DNA from: a virus
Lineage: Duplodnaviria > Caudoviricetes
Direction: 5' to 3' (one strand)
DNA: 51,229 bases
Virus record (IMG/VR): IMGVR_UViG_3300037419_001302
Location: 1-51,229 of that record
Part shown: positions 1-8,006 of the stretch, piece by piece
Position numbering within the stretch: position 1 is the first letter of the stretch
Layout of the letters: each line of letters begins with the position of its first letter
The notes under the pieces: generated by a model
Databases searched by the model: none
What the model saw: the letters and a program-made list of their open reading frames with translations, nothing else
What the model was told of the DNA's origin: nothing
Made by a program: the position numbers and the translations under genes

Positions 1-127
1 CTCGCAACGTTCCGCGTTTTACCGCAGACCGGCGTAAGGCTTGGGAATGGCGAGAATGCTAGATAACTAGCGGTTTTCCTGGTGCCGTCGAGTGGAATCG
101 AACCACCGACCCCGTCCTTACCAAGGC
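1..127. repeat. Terminal direct repeat, identical to 51103-51229; likely circular-assembly overlap
   Basis: Exact 127-bp identity of both ends; 127 is a common assembler k-mer size. Confidence 0.95.
80..126 (-). other. attP: attP core: 3' half of tRNA-Thr(GGT)
   Basis: Minus strand reads CCTT-GGT-AAGGACGGGGTCGGTGGTTCGATTCCACTCGACGGCACCA (anticodon loop, T arm, acceptor strand, CCA). The 5' half is absent. It lies about 30 bp from the integrase stop. Confidence 0.9.
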
Positions 128-155
128 TGTAAATACCACGTATTCCCGCCATTTT

Positions 156-1130
156 CTACCGCACCCCTACCTTTTTCCCTACTCGCGCCAGATTTTCGCG
201 CACCGCTTTCACTTCCGCCGCTTGGTAGCGGGCCGATGACTTCATATCGGCGTGACCTAGGGCCTCCTGTATTAGCCTTTGGGAGGCCCCAGCGGAGGCC
301 AACCACGTTCCCAGGCTGTGACGGGCCATGTGAGGCGTAAAACGCACCCTCGATTCTCTAATGGTCGGTGCGAGGGCTTTGTATGCGGCCCACCGATTCG
401 CCCACGGGAAAACCTTTCCCTCATCCATCCCCTGTGTCTTCAATTCCGCAACCACGCGGGCGTCCAGAACGAACTCCCTCCACTGCTGGGTCTTTCCGAT
501 CCAGACCTTCCCCACGCCGCGCTTCAGATCCAGGTATTTGCCCTCGACGCTTAGGGCTTCGCTAATTCGGTTCCCCTGAAAGAATAGCCACAACAGCAGG
601 AGGCGGGGTTTGCCGCTTGCGGCCTTCAATAGCTTGGCGGCGTCGGCTTCCTTGAGCGAGCGCGTGACTGGCTTGGGCTCGCGGTACTTCGCAAACCTCC
701 GGTACGGGCACCACTCATTCTCCGCCGCGTAATGCAGCACGGCGGCCGCGGGAACGATGATGTTCCTGTTCTTTGAACTATTTTGGTAGCCGGGGCACAG
801 CTTGTTGGCGGCCTCGGTCAGGTCGTCCTGCCGTATCTCGTCTACCGGGCGCTGGCCTATCGTAGCTTTCAGCGCGTTCAATCGGCGTAGGTCGTCTGTG
901 CCGGGATCGAAGCGGGCGATATAGCGGTCAACCGCCTCCCCGAAGGTCAGTCGGTTTGTGGCTTGCCCTGAGGCTCGGATTCGGGCTTCGGCGTCGGCCT
1001 TAATCCTTTGAGCAGCGACCTTGTCTCTCGTGCGCGTTGAAATCTCGTAGTAGCGCCCATTGATCTTCCCAAGGGCGAGATAGAATTTGTTGTTCTTCCG
1101 CTTGCCGGGGGCGACGAGCTTGAGCGACAT
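156..1130 (-). CDS. int: Tyrosine recombinase / phage integrase
   Basis: Catalytic R (GNRISEAL), HxxR (HMARH), LGH and Y (SARY); adjacent to attP; start placed at MSLKL. Confidence 0.95.
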   Translation of the reverse strand: MSLKLVAPGKRKNNKFYLALGKINGRYYEISTRTRDKVAAQRIKADAEARIRASGQATNRLTFGEAVDRYIARFDPGTDDLRRLNALKATIGQRPVDEIRQDDLTEAANKLCPGYQNSSKNRNIIVPAAAVLHYAAENEWCPYRRFAKYREPKPVTRSLKEADAAKLLKAASGKPRLLLLWLFFQGNRISEALSVEGKYLDLKRGVGKVWIGKTQQWREFVLDARVVAELKTQGMDEGKVFPWANRWAAYKALAPTIRESRVRFTPHMARHSLGTWLASAGASQRLIQEALGHADMKSSARYQAAEVKAVRENLARVGKKVGVR

Positions 1131-1297
1131 ACTATGGCTTCCTGAACCTCTTGAACCTGTGCAGGACTGAAATAGAGTTTGCACCCCGGCGCCGCCTGAT
1201 AGCCCAAACGGGACAAAAGAGCCCGAAGCTGGCGCTCTTTGATAGGCACCATGCCGAGCAATTCAGCGAAGGTAATAATTTTCCGGGCGGCAGTCAT
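947..1297 (-). CDS. Putative excisionase (winged-helix N-terminus), overlapping the 5' end of int
   Basis: Position immediately upstream of int; basic HTH-like N-terminal ~55 aa. Confidence 0.6.
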   Translation of the reverse strand: MTAARKIITFAELLGMVPIKERQLRALLSRLGYQAAPGCKLYFSPAQVQEVQEAIVCRSSSSPPASGRTTNSISPLGRSMGATTRFQRARETRSLLKGLRPTPKPESEPQGKPQTD

Positions 1298-1312
1298 TCC
1301 TAGTCTCAGGTG

Positions 1313-3031
1313 TTAGAAAAGATCATCGGATGCACGCAATTCGCCACGGCCTTCGATCAGTTCGAGGGTCCGAAGGCGGGATAGTGCGTTGTTGAATCCT
1401 CCGCCGTTCGCCTCATAGCCAGCGGCGGCCGCGAGCGATGTTTTATCCATCGGCTCCGGGTAGGCTCCCGCGAGCGCCTCAAGGATCAGGCGTGGGGCCT
1501 TGTCGAGCTGCCGGAGCCAGTGGGCGAGGAGATCGGGTCCGGTCGGCAACGGCTCATAGGAGCCGAGCGCCGACAGACCGGCCTCCGTGATCCGCAGCGG
1601 ATCGCCGCGACCCTCAAGCCAGCCCTTAGTGCGCAGCGAAGAAAGGGCATTGTTGAAGCCGCCGCCGTTGATCGCGTAGCCGGTGAGGATCGCCACTTGG
1701 CGCTTGCTGCGACCGCCCGGGTATTGCGCGAGCGCAGAGAGGATTTTCCGCTCGGCTGCCGACATTTTCTCGCCGTCTCCGGTGGGGATGGCGCGAACGG
1801 CAGGACTCAAACCTGCGGCCTTCGGGTTCGGAACCCGATGCTCTATCCGCTGAGCTACGTCCGCTGACTTCCTGGCGGCGGGGTGGTCGCTGATCGTTCG
1901 GTTAGACCAGCCCTTTGTGATCCCCGCTATGTGCGCCGCAATGTCGGACTCAAGACCATGAAGGTCGGTTGCAGCAATGCTCCATGCGTCGAACCGGCCT
2001 TGCGCATATCCGTCACGATAGCCACGAGTTTCGGCTTCGCGCAGCAACGCGGTATCGGGCGTGGCGGTCGGCGCCGCTGCCAACTGCCGCTTCAATCCGG
2101 CAATCTCGGCTTTCAGAGCCTTCGGATCGTTGGCTTTGGCCTCGGTCTCGACTGTGGCGAGGCGTTCCTTCAGCGCGCCGAGATCGAGTGGCGCGAGGCT
2201 GCCGGATGATGCCTTCTTCTCTCCACGCTTCGGCGTGCGCGATGAGTCGAAGGTGCGCTTGAGCGGGAAATCGGCCGTCGCAAGAACGCCCCGAGCCGGC
2301 ACCCACACCACGCCTTGCCCGCGCTGCATCGTCGGCAGCGAGCCGAGGATGGTGCGGCCCTGCGTGCGGTCGGCCTGCCCTTCGATCCAGCTTCCCAATG
2401 CATCGCGGTCTTGCGAGGACGTGAGCTTGAACGCCACCAGCCCGTCAACTTGACTCAGAACGTCTTTCGAGACGACGGCGGGCCGCTGGGTGATCAGCCA
2501 GGGAATGAAACCCTTCACCCGCCCGCGGCGCACGACGGTCTCCATCATGCCCAGCAACCGGGCGGCGTCGCCGTCCTTGTCCATGAGCTTTTGGGGCGCC
2601 CACATATCGGCCTCGTCGAACACCACATGCACGGGCTCGCCGGTCGCGTTCCGATAAAGGGCGGTTAGGAATGCCAGCATAAACCGGCGCTCCGCCGCCT
2701 TGGTGCCGAGATCGGAGAGATCGACGATGCAGCTTTCTGCCATGCCCGCGACGGTCTCGCCGATGAGAGCTCCGGCGTGCTCGTTCAGCGGCAGATCGCC
2801 ATGAGGACCGCCGAAGATCGGCAGCCGGTAGGGTGACGGGGTTTTGCCGTCCGGCATAAGCCGCAGGCCCCACCACACCCCCAGCGGATCGGGGATCACG
2901 ACGCGGGCCTTCTTGTCCAGCAGGCGTTCGACTGCGGAGCCGGAGTTGTAGGTTTTGCCGCTGCCCGCCGTCCCGACAAAGCCGAGCCGATCGTCAAGCG
3001 CCGCGTCTGGAATCGGATGTGTCACGTTCAC
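1313..3031 (-). CDS. HerA/FtsK-like ATPase (DUF87-type) with two C-terminal winged-helix-like repeats
   Basis: Walker A GTAGSGKT, Walker B VVFDEAD, RRGR, ITQRP; duplicated C-terminal motif GYxxNGGGFNNALSxLR. Confidence 0.85.
   Translation of the reverse strand: MNVTHPIPDAALDDRLGFVGTAGSGKTYNSGSAVERLLDKKARVVIPDPLGVWWGLRLMPDGKTPSPYRLPIFGGPHGDLPLNEHAGALIGETVAGMAESCIVDLSDLGTKAAERRFMLAFLTALYRNATGEPVHVVFDEADMWAPQKLMDKDGDAARLLGMMETVVRRGRVKGFIPWLITQRPAVVSKDVLSQVDGLVAFKLTSSQDRDALGSWIEGQADRTQGRTILGSLPTMQRGQGVVWVPARGVLATADFPLKRTFDSSRTPKRGEKKASSGSLAPLDLGALKERLATVETEAKANDPKALKAEIAGLKRQLAAAPTATPDTALLREAETRGYRDGYAQGRFDAWSIAATDLHGLESDIAAHIAGITKGWSNRTISDHPAARKSADVAQRIEHRVPNPKAAGLSPAVRAIPTGDGEKMSAAERKILSALAQYPGGRSKRQVAILTGYAINGGGFNNALSSLRTKGWLEGRGDPLRITEAGLSALGSYEPLPTGPDLLAHWLRQLDKAPRLILEALAGAYPEPMDKTSLAAAAGYEANGGGFNNALSRLRTLELIEGRGELRASDDLF
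1789..1864 (-). tRNA. tRNA-Arg(CCG)-like cloverleaf embedded in frame in the ATPase CDS
   Basis: GCGGACG TA GCTC AGCGGATA GAGC A TCGGG TT-CCG-AA CCCGA AGGCC GCAGG TTTGAGT CCTGC CGTTCGC G CCA; 76 nt, all four stems pair, C56 is T. Confidence 0.85.
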
Positions 3032-3198
3032 TCCTTCACTACTGGGACAGACACAAGGCCAGCGGTGCGGAGGTAGGCGCGGATTCCCGCGTCGATCATT
3101 GCGGCGGCAGTATCGCGGCGCACATGGCCCGTGACAGCCGTGATCGCCGCGTCAATCGCCAATTCTCGCGCCCTCTCATCCAGTTCCACCTCATCCAT
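3028..3198 (-). CDS. Small hypothetical protein (56 aa, MDEVELDERARELAIDAA...)
   Basis: Translated by hand, below the ORF-track cutoff; stop overlaps the ATPase start. Confidence 0.65.
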   Translation of the reverse strand: MDEVELDERARELAIDAAITAVTGHVRRDTAAAMIDAGIRAYLRTAGLVSVPVVKE

Positions 3199-3272
3199 GG
3201 TCAGTCCCTGTTAAGCCGTTGAACGTTTTTCCTGCCGTGCACAATTCCGGCGAAAACTTAAAGCCCTCCACC

Positions 3273-3536
3273 TCAGCCATGATCAGCTCCCTCCTTGGGT
3301 TTGTGCTCGCCGCACCATTCGCATCGGTAAAAGATCGCGCCGTTCGGCTCAATAGGTCCAATGCGCCGCACCCAGTGCCGATTGAAGCGGTGGATCAGGC
3401 GCATGTGATGCCGGTAGATGAAGCGGCAATAGAAATAGAGATGAATGGGCCGCCAAAGCCGCTGGGCAATTCGTCGGAGTTTCCAGCGCACAGGCTCACG
3501 CCAGTTTGGATCAATCTGCGCGCACGTCTCACCCAT
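3273..3536 (-). CDS. Hypothetical protein with C-terminal CxxC
   Basis: GGAGG-type RBS; overlaps neighbours in the leftward operon. Confidence 0.6.
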   Translation of the reverse strand: MGETCAQIDPNWREPVRWKLRRIAQRLWRPIHLYFYCRFIYRHHMRLIHRFNRHWVRRIGPIEPNGAIFYRCEWCGEHKPKEGADHG

Positions 3537-3873
3537 TCCCGCCCTCCTGTGGTGTGATGGCGGCGAACGCCAGCTTGCGGAATTGGTCAACGTATTCGTC
3601 CCACAGGCCCTTGCGGACGAGGAAGTCATCGACCGAGTTAACGCGACCGAGCAGCCTCTCGATCTCCCGGCGCGCTTCGTCGCGCTCCCGTTCGGCGGCT
3701 TCGGCGCGGGTCATCAGGTGATCCATAGAATCACGCATTTCGGCCGCGTAGGTGCGATGCGAGGCATAAGATTCGGACAGTTTCGCTTCCAGCTCTGCCA
3801 CACGGGCGGTGAGCCGGGTGAGTTCGGCAGCGGCTTCCTTGGGGTTTTCGTAGCACCACATCCAGTCGCTCAT
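3529..3873 (-). CDS. Hypothetical coiled-coil protein
   Basis: ATGA coupling; heptad-like pattern. Confidence 0.7.
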   Translation of the reverse strand: MSDWMWCYENPKEAAAELTRLTARVAELEAKLSESYASHRTYAAEMRDSMDHLMTRAEAAERERDEARREIERLLGRVNSVDDFLVRKGLWDEYVDQFRKLAFAAITPQEGGNG

Positions 3874-4208
3874 TTTGTCGTCTCCCTGGAGGCGGGGAGG
3901 GCGCGGACTTTTTCAACACGGTCGTTCAGCATCTTGCTGACCTCTGCGGTGACAAGAAAACGTGCGGCCCCATTTTCCGTTTTTATGCGCTCTCCGTTGA
4001 CAACGAAGGCGTGTGACTCCAGGTCAGACGGCGCGACGAAGATTTCGACCGCAGCCGAACGCATCTCCGTAGCGCCGCGCTCGTAGGCTTCGCGGAGGGC
4101 TTGGGCCACGGCCTGAATCATCGGGGCTCGATGCTCGCTCGATCCAATCGGCCGGGTGAGTTGGATGGCGAGGTCCAGGTCCCACGTCAGCGTTTCATCC
4201 TGGCTCAC
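3870..4208 (-). CDS. Hypothetical protein
   Basis: 4-bp stop/start overlaps on both sides. Confidence 0.7.
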   Translation of the reverse strand: MSQDETLTWDLDLAIQLTRPIGSSEHRAPMIQAVAQALREAYERGATEMRSAAVEIFVAPSDLESHAFVVNGERIKTENGAARFLVTAEVSKMLNDRVEKVRALPASRETTK

Positions 4209-4459
4209 TTCTTCCTCCGTGGCTTCGGTGCGGGGGTGACGGGCTCGGCCGTCTCATTCAGAAGATCAACGGGCAGCGCGTGATAGAGAAAGACAAACCG
4301 GCGTGCATCGCAGCGATAGTTCCGCCGGGCGCCCTCGCTGATCTCCTCCCAATATTTCGCCTTGGTCGTCTCGGGCCGGGGCGATTGAAACCCGAGCCAA
4401 CAAATCTCGCGGGCGATCTTCTCGACCGGATCGCGCACAGCTTTCACCTTCCCGGCCAT
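4205..4459 (-). CDS. Hypothetical protein
   Basis: Operon position, RBS-like sequence. Confidence 0.7.
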   Translation of the reverse strand: MAGKVKAVRDPVEKIAREICWLGFQSPRPETTKAKYWEEISEGARRNYRCDARRFVFLYHALPVDLLNETAEPVTPAPKPRRKK

Positions 4460-4528
4460 TTACCTGTCCTCACGTTCTGATGGAGCGGCGGGGAGTAGTA
4501 AGCTACCTCGCAACGATAGGCTGCCATG

Positions 4529-5062
4529 CTAGTCCTCCCGTTGTGCCGGGGCGGCGGGAACTCGGATCGGGATGAAGAACACGCCCGCGCAATGATTCGG
4601 CCGCCGTGAGTAGTTCGGCGGGATCACGCTCTGCTTAATCTCGCCGCTCCACTGGTGGTACTCCCATGCGAGCTTGCCTTCCCATTCTCGCGGCGCGACC
4701 TCGGCTGCAACCCACCCCTCCGGCACCGGGCGTGAGAGGGCGCGGCGCAGGGCTATCTGTTTATCGCGAGTCGCGATTGCAGCCTCGGCATGTTCCATGT
4801 GGGCTGGGCCGGTGAACTCATCCCAATCGTTGCCTGCGGCGCGACATATGGCCCGAGCCACTTCTTCGACATCACTCACAAGCGCGGGCGTCGCCCGGAG
4901 CGCGCGGTAGGCTTTCAAATTCTCCGCCGCGCGGGCGATAATCTCGTCGTGGTCGCCGGGGCCACAGTGCTCTTGGATGGAACGTAGTAGAGGAAGCACG
5001 GCATCGAGTGACGCCGCGATCCGTTCCGCCAGCACCAGCACGTCGGCATCGTTGGTGGTCAT
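4529..5062 (-). CDS. Hypothetical protein
   Basis: Coupled to upstream gene; typical phage accessory segments (VEEVARAIC, PVPEGW). Confidence 0.7.
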   Translation of the reverse strand: MTTNDADVLVLAERIAASLDAVLPLLRSIQEHCGPGDHDEIIARAAENLKAYRALRATPALVSDVEEVARAICRAAGNDWDEFTGPAHMEHAEAAIATRDKQIALRRALSRPVPEGWVAAEVAPREWEGKLAWEYHQWSGEIKQSVIPPNYSRRPNHCAGVFFIPIRVPAAPAQRED

Positions 5063-5298
5063 GCGATCATCCTCAGCTTTTGCGGTCGGGGCGGGTCTTG
5101 CGGTCCGGGTGGTTTCGGCCTCGCTTCCACCATGGAGAGATAGACCCGCACGGCCTCATTCCTGGCCGCGGCGACTTCAACGACGCTGAAACTGTCGGGC
5201 CACTTCGTTCCGTCCTCGACGCGCACGAGCCGTTGCGCTCCGGCGTCGATCATCTCCTCGGTCGGATAATCTGGCATCAGCAGGCGGTTGGTGGTCAT
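5059..5298 (-). CDS. Hypothetical protein (PTEEMIDAG motif)
   Basis: ATGA coupling; start at MTTNRLL. Confidence 0.7.
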   Translation of the reverse strand: MTTNRLLMPDYPTEEMIDAGAQRLVRVEDGTKWPDSFSVVEVAAARNEAVRVYLSMVEARPKPPGPQDPPRPQKLRMIA

Positions 5299-5477
5299 GG
5301 CTGCTCCTTGGCCATCATGTCGGTGATGGGAAGAACAAGGCCCGGTATGGCGGCCCGCGCACGTTCTGGCGCGACGTGAGAGCAGCCCTCGTTTCCCCCG
5401 CATATCGGGCACGGCAGCCACGGATAGCCGGGGAGTGCCTTCAAGGTGGCGATCTGCGTTCCGAGGGTTTCCATCAC
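5295..5477 (-). CDS. Small putative Zn-binding protein
   Basis: CPICGGNEGCSH; coupled to both neighbours. Confidence 0.65.
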   Translation of the reverse strand: MMETLGTQIATLKALPGYPWLPCPICGGNEGCSHVAPERARAAIPGLVLPITDMMAKEQP

Positions 5478-7216
5478 CGCTCCCCCTTCGCTGGCGACGA
5501 GAGGGCGGCGATCCTCTCGAAGCGCCCGTCGAAGAACTCAGCCTCCGGGCGAACCCAAATGGTGCCGTCCTTCTCGGCCTCGTAGATCACTACGGGGGCC
5601 AGGGACCATTCGAGCTTGCCGTGTGCGACCACCTTGTAGGTGCCTCCGCTCTTTACATGCCTGTACCGATGCGCGGGCTCCCCCGTCCCCGTCGAGGGGA
5701 GGGCGGCAGCAAGGTCGCGGATCAGGTCGGCAACCTCGTCGCAAATCGGCGGGTGATACTTGAGCGCCGGAGGGCCGTCCGGGTTGTGAGCCGTTATTAC
5801 TAGCGCCCGCATCGCGCCCTCACCCTTCTCCGCCCGCTCCCGCAGCGCCGCTATGTCCGGCGAGGGGGTGCGTGCTGGGGTCGCAGCCTCTGCTTGAGCC
5901 TGGACTGCCGCTACCGTCGCGCACGACTTGCAGCGCCACGCTCTTTTGTCGCCGTCGAACTTCTCGCCGCAATCATTGCAATGGACCCAGTAGCCGCCCG
6001 GCGCGTATCCGAAGTTTCGGAGGGCAATGGGTTTCCCCGCCCTCGTCTCGTCCGTCTGCGCCTTGCTGGCATCCGGTACAGGGGAGGAGGGGGCCGTCTG
6101 CGCCGATGGCGCGGCACGCCACGGCAAATCACGCGGCCCAGTCTCCACTTTCGAGTATGGGAAATCTGCCGAATGCTGGACCGGCAGATCGTAGAAGCGC
6201 ATGCCGGGCTTCAGCAGGATGGCGTCTGTCGGGCGCAAATACTCATCATTTACATGATCTGGCGAGACTTCCCTGTACCATGTGCGGCAGTCCATCGGCC
6301 TTTCCGTGGCGCAGGCCATGTCGATAGCTGACATGGTGACGCTGGGCGGAAGCTTGTCGTGTCCGTTCTGCTTGTACCAATCCCGCACGTCATAGGGCTT
6401 GTCGTTGATCCAAATGATGAATGGTTCCCCGTCCGTCTGCGCGGATGGCGCTACCGGCATCCCCTCTAACATGTTCCGAACCATCGCCTCGGCCTGTCCC
6501 GCGTCGAACAGATTGGTTCCGACCGGCCAATCGTGATCCGCCGGCGCATGGAGGAAATTGGGGCGCCGGTAACTAATCCCGTTGTCTGGGTGCCATGGTT
6601 TTGGCAATCGCCAGCAGAGGAAGCGATCGACCATGTGCTTGATTTGAGCGTCGGTCAGTGCGGCGCTGGCTGCCTTCGGTTCTGAGGTCATGGCTGTGTC
6701 CGGTGCTGTGGTGGGAGAGCCGCCGCATTTGGGGCAGACGATCGGGTGTACACGCGCCCATTGAACCCGCTCGACATCGGCGGCGTGGCCGTGTGTCTCA
6801 AGCGTTGTCGGCGCTGATATTTTTCCTGTCCCGCCGCAAACAGAGCAGCGCATCTCCCCCGCCCTCGTCTCGTCCGTCTGCGCCTTGCTGGCATCCGGTA
6901 CAGGGGAGGAGGGTGGGCGGGCCTCTGCATAAGCCGCTTCTTGGAAGTCGCTGGCGATCTCATGCACCGCATCGGTGGCCTCTTTCCAGCCCCGGTAATA
7001 GTCGCCGCGCTTGCCGTCGCTGTCCCAATTCGACGCATCGCAGAACGACAACAGCCGGTTGACGATTTCACTGGCCAGCCCCGCCATCGCCTCGGCGTGC
7101 CTCTCCAGCTCTCGGGCGTAGCGGGCGAGCGGGTTTGTCCCCATGCTTTCGCGCAGCGCGACATCGACGCCCCGCCGCGCCTCTCGCACTTCTTCCGGTG
7201 TCATCGGGGCGCTCAT
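5474..7216 (-). CDS. Mosaic multidomain protein: Zn ribbons, ubiquitin-like domain, C-terminal DUF1653-like SH3-fold domain
   Basis: CSVCGGTG/CPKCGG and CNDC/CKSC; C-terminal YRHVKSGGTYKVV..VVIYEA..IWVRPEAEFFDGRF; repeated linkers. Confidence 0.8.
   Translation of the reverse strand: MSAPMTPEEVREARRGVDVALRESMGTNPLARYARELERHAEAMAGLASEIVNRLLSFCDASNWDSDGKRGDYYRGWKEATDAVHEIASDFQEAAYAEARPPSSPVPDASKAQTDETRAGEMRCSVCGGTGKISAPTTLETHGHAADVERVQWARVHPIVCPKCGGSPTTAPDTAMTSEPKAASAALTDAQIKHMVDRFLCWRLPKPWHPDNGISYRRPNFLHAPADHDWPVGTNLFDAGQAEAMVRNMLEGMPVAPSAQTDGEPFIIWINDKPYDVRDWYKQNGHDKLPPSVTMSAIDMACATERPMDCRTWYREVSPDHVNDEYLRPTDAILLKPGMRFYDLPVQHSADFPYSKVETGPRDLPWRAAPSAQTAPSSPVPDASKAQTDETRAGKPIALRNFGYAPGGYWVHCNDCGEKFDGDKRAWRCKSCATVAAVQAQAEAATPARTPSPDIAALRERAEKGEGAMRALVITAHNPDGPPALKYHPPICDEVADLIRDLAAALPSTGTGEPAHRYRHVKSGGTYKVVAHGKLEWSLAPVVIYEAEKDGTIWVRPEAEFFDGRFERIAALSSPAKGER
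6035..6091. repeat. 57-bp direct repeat, copy 1 (encodes PSSPVPDASKAQTDETRAG)
   Basis: Identical to 6857-6913. Confidence 0.95.
6857..6913. repeat. 57-bp direct repeat, copy 2
   Basis: Identical to 6035-6091. Confidence 0.95.
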
Positions 7217-7644
7217 CGGTGGGACTCCCGAGCCTTGAGGGCGGCGAGGGTGAGAGCGAGTGGGCCCGTTGGCGCGGTTGCCTGCCAGCGTCCATCAAAG
7301 GTGCCGTGCCAAATCTGCCCGTTCTCGTCTTTGTGAGTAGCGGCGATCGTGGCGCGAGCATTGCCGGGCCAGATTGAAAAGCCGTCGAGAATGCACCCCT
7401 CCGGCACGAGCGTAAGAGCCGCGTCGAGGCTGGTGGTATAGTGGGGCGCTTCGGGAATTGCTGGCTCGGGACCGAACGTCGGGTCTTTGACGACGCTCAG
7501 CCATTCGCTGAGGTTCCATTCGCCAATCCCGACGTAAGCAGCAATCCACGAATCAAGGTGGCGGCTCCCCTCCATCGCCCGTTCCAGCCGTTCTATCAGT
7601 GAGTCCATAGGGGCTTCCGGTGTCATGGCCTTATCGGTGGTCAT
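7213..7644 (-). CDS. Phage ABA-sandwich-like protein
   Basis: PHYTTSLDAALTLVP and C-terminal ATAPTGPLALTLAALKA pattern. Confidence 0.6.
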   Translation of the reverse strand: MTTDKAMTPEAPMDSLIERLERAMEGSRHLDSWIAAYVGIGEWNLSEWLSVVKDPTFGPEPAIPEAPHYTTSLDAALTLVPEGCILDGFSIWPGNARATIAATHKDENGQIWHGTFDGRWQATAPTGPLALTLAALKARESHR

Positions 7645-8006
7645 CGGGCGTGGCTACGAGCTTGGTTCTTTTCCGCCTTCATGCGGTGCGGAGACCGCTT
7701 CCAGAGGTCGTCGACGATGGCGCGGAGTCGGATGCCGTACTTGCGCTCGAAGGCCGCTTCTCCGATCCGGTGCTGTTCGTCATGTGCGGATTCGTATCCG
7801 GGGTAGGCGAAGCAATCGGACGGCTTCACCCCCATCCCACCGTCCGTTCCGGTACGGACGTGGCAGGCCTCGATCTTGCCGCGGCAGGTGTGCTGGTCGG
7901 CGATGACGCAGTCAAAGCCGCGGACGAACTTGAGATGCCTCGGCGAGCGGAGTTGCGGCGCCGTGCGCAGACCAAGCTTCGGCGCTTTGCGGCGACGGAG
8001 GATCAT
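7641..8006 (-). CDS. DUF968 / HNH-like putative nuclease
   Basis: RSPRHLKFVR..C..C..EACHVR..GGMGVKPSD..HDEQH. Confidence 0.75.
   Translation of the reverse strand: MILRRRKAPKLGLRTAPQLRSPRHLKFVRGFDCVIADQHTCRGKIEACHVRTGTDGGMGVKPSDCFAYPGYESAHDEQHRIGEAAFERKYGIRLRAIVDDLWKRSPHRMKAEKNQARSHAR

Noticed and set aside
80-126. Functional tRNA-Thr gene
   Set aside because: The 5' acceptor strand and D arm are absent; this is the att core.
1-127. 127-bp terminal repeat as a biological DTR or an attL/attR pair
   Set aside because: The length matches a typical assembler k-mer and the repeat extends well beyond the tRNA core, with no host DNA flanking it. A circular overlap is the simplest explanation.
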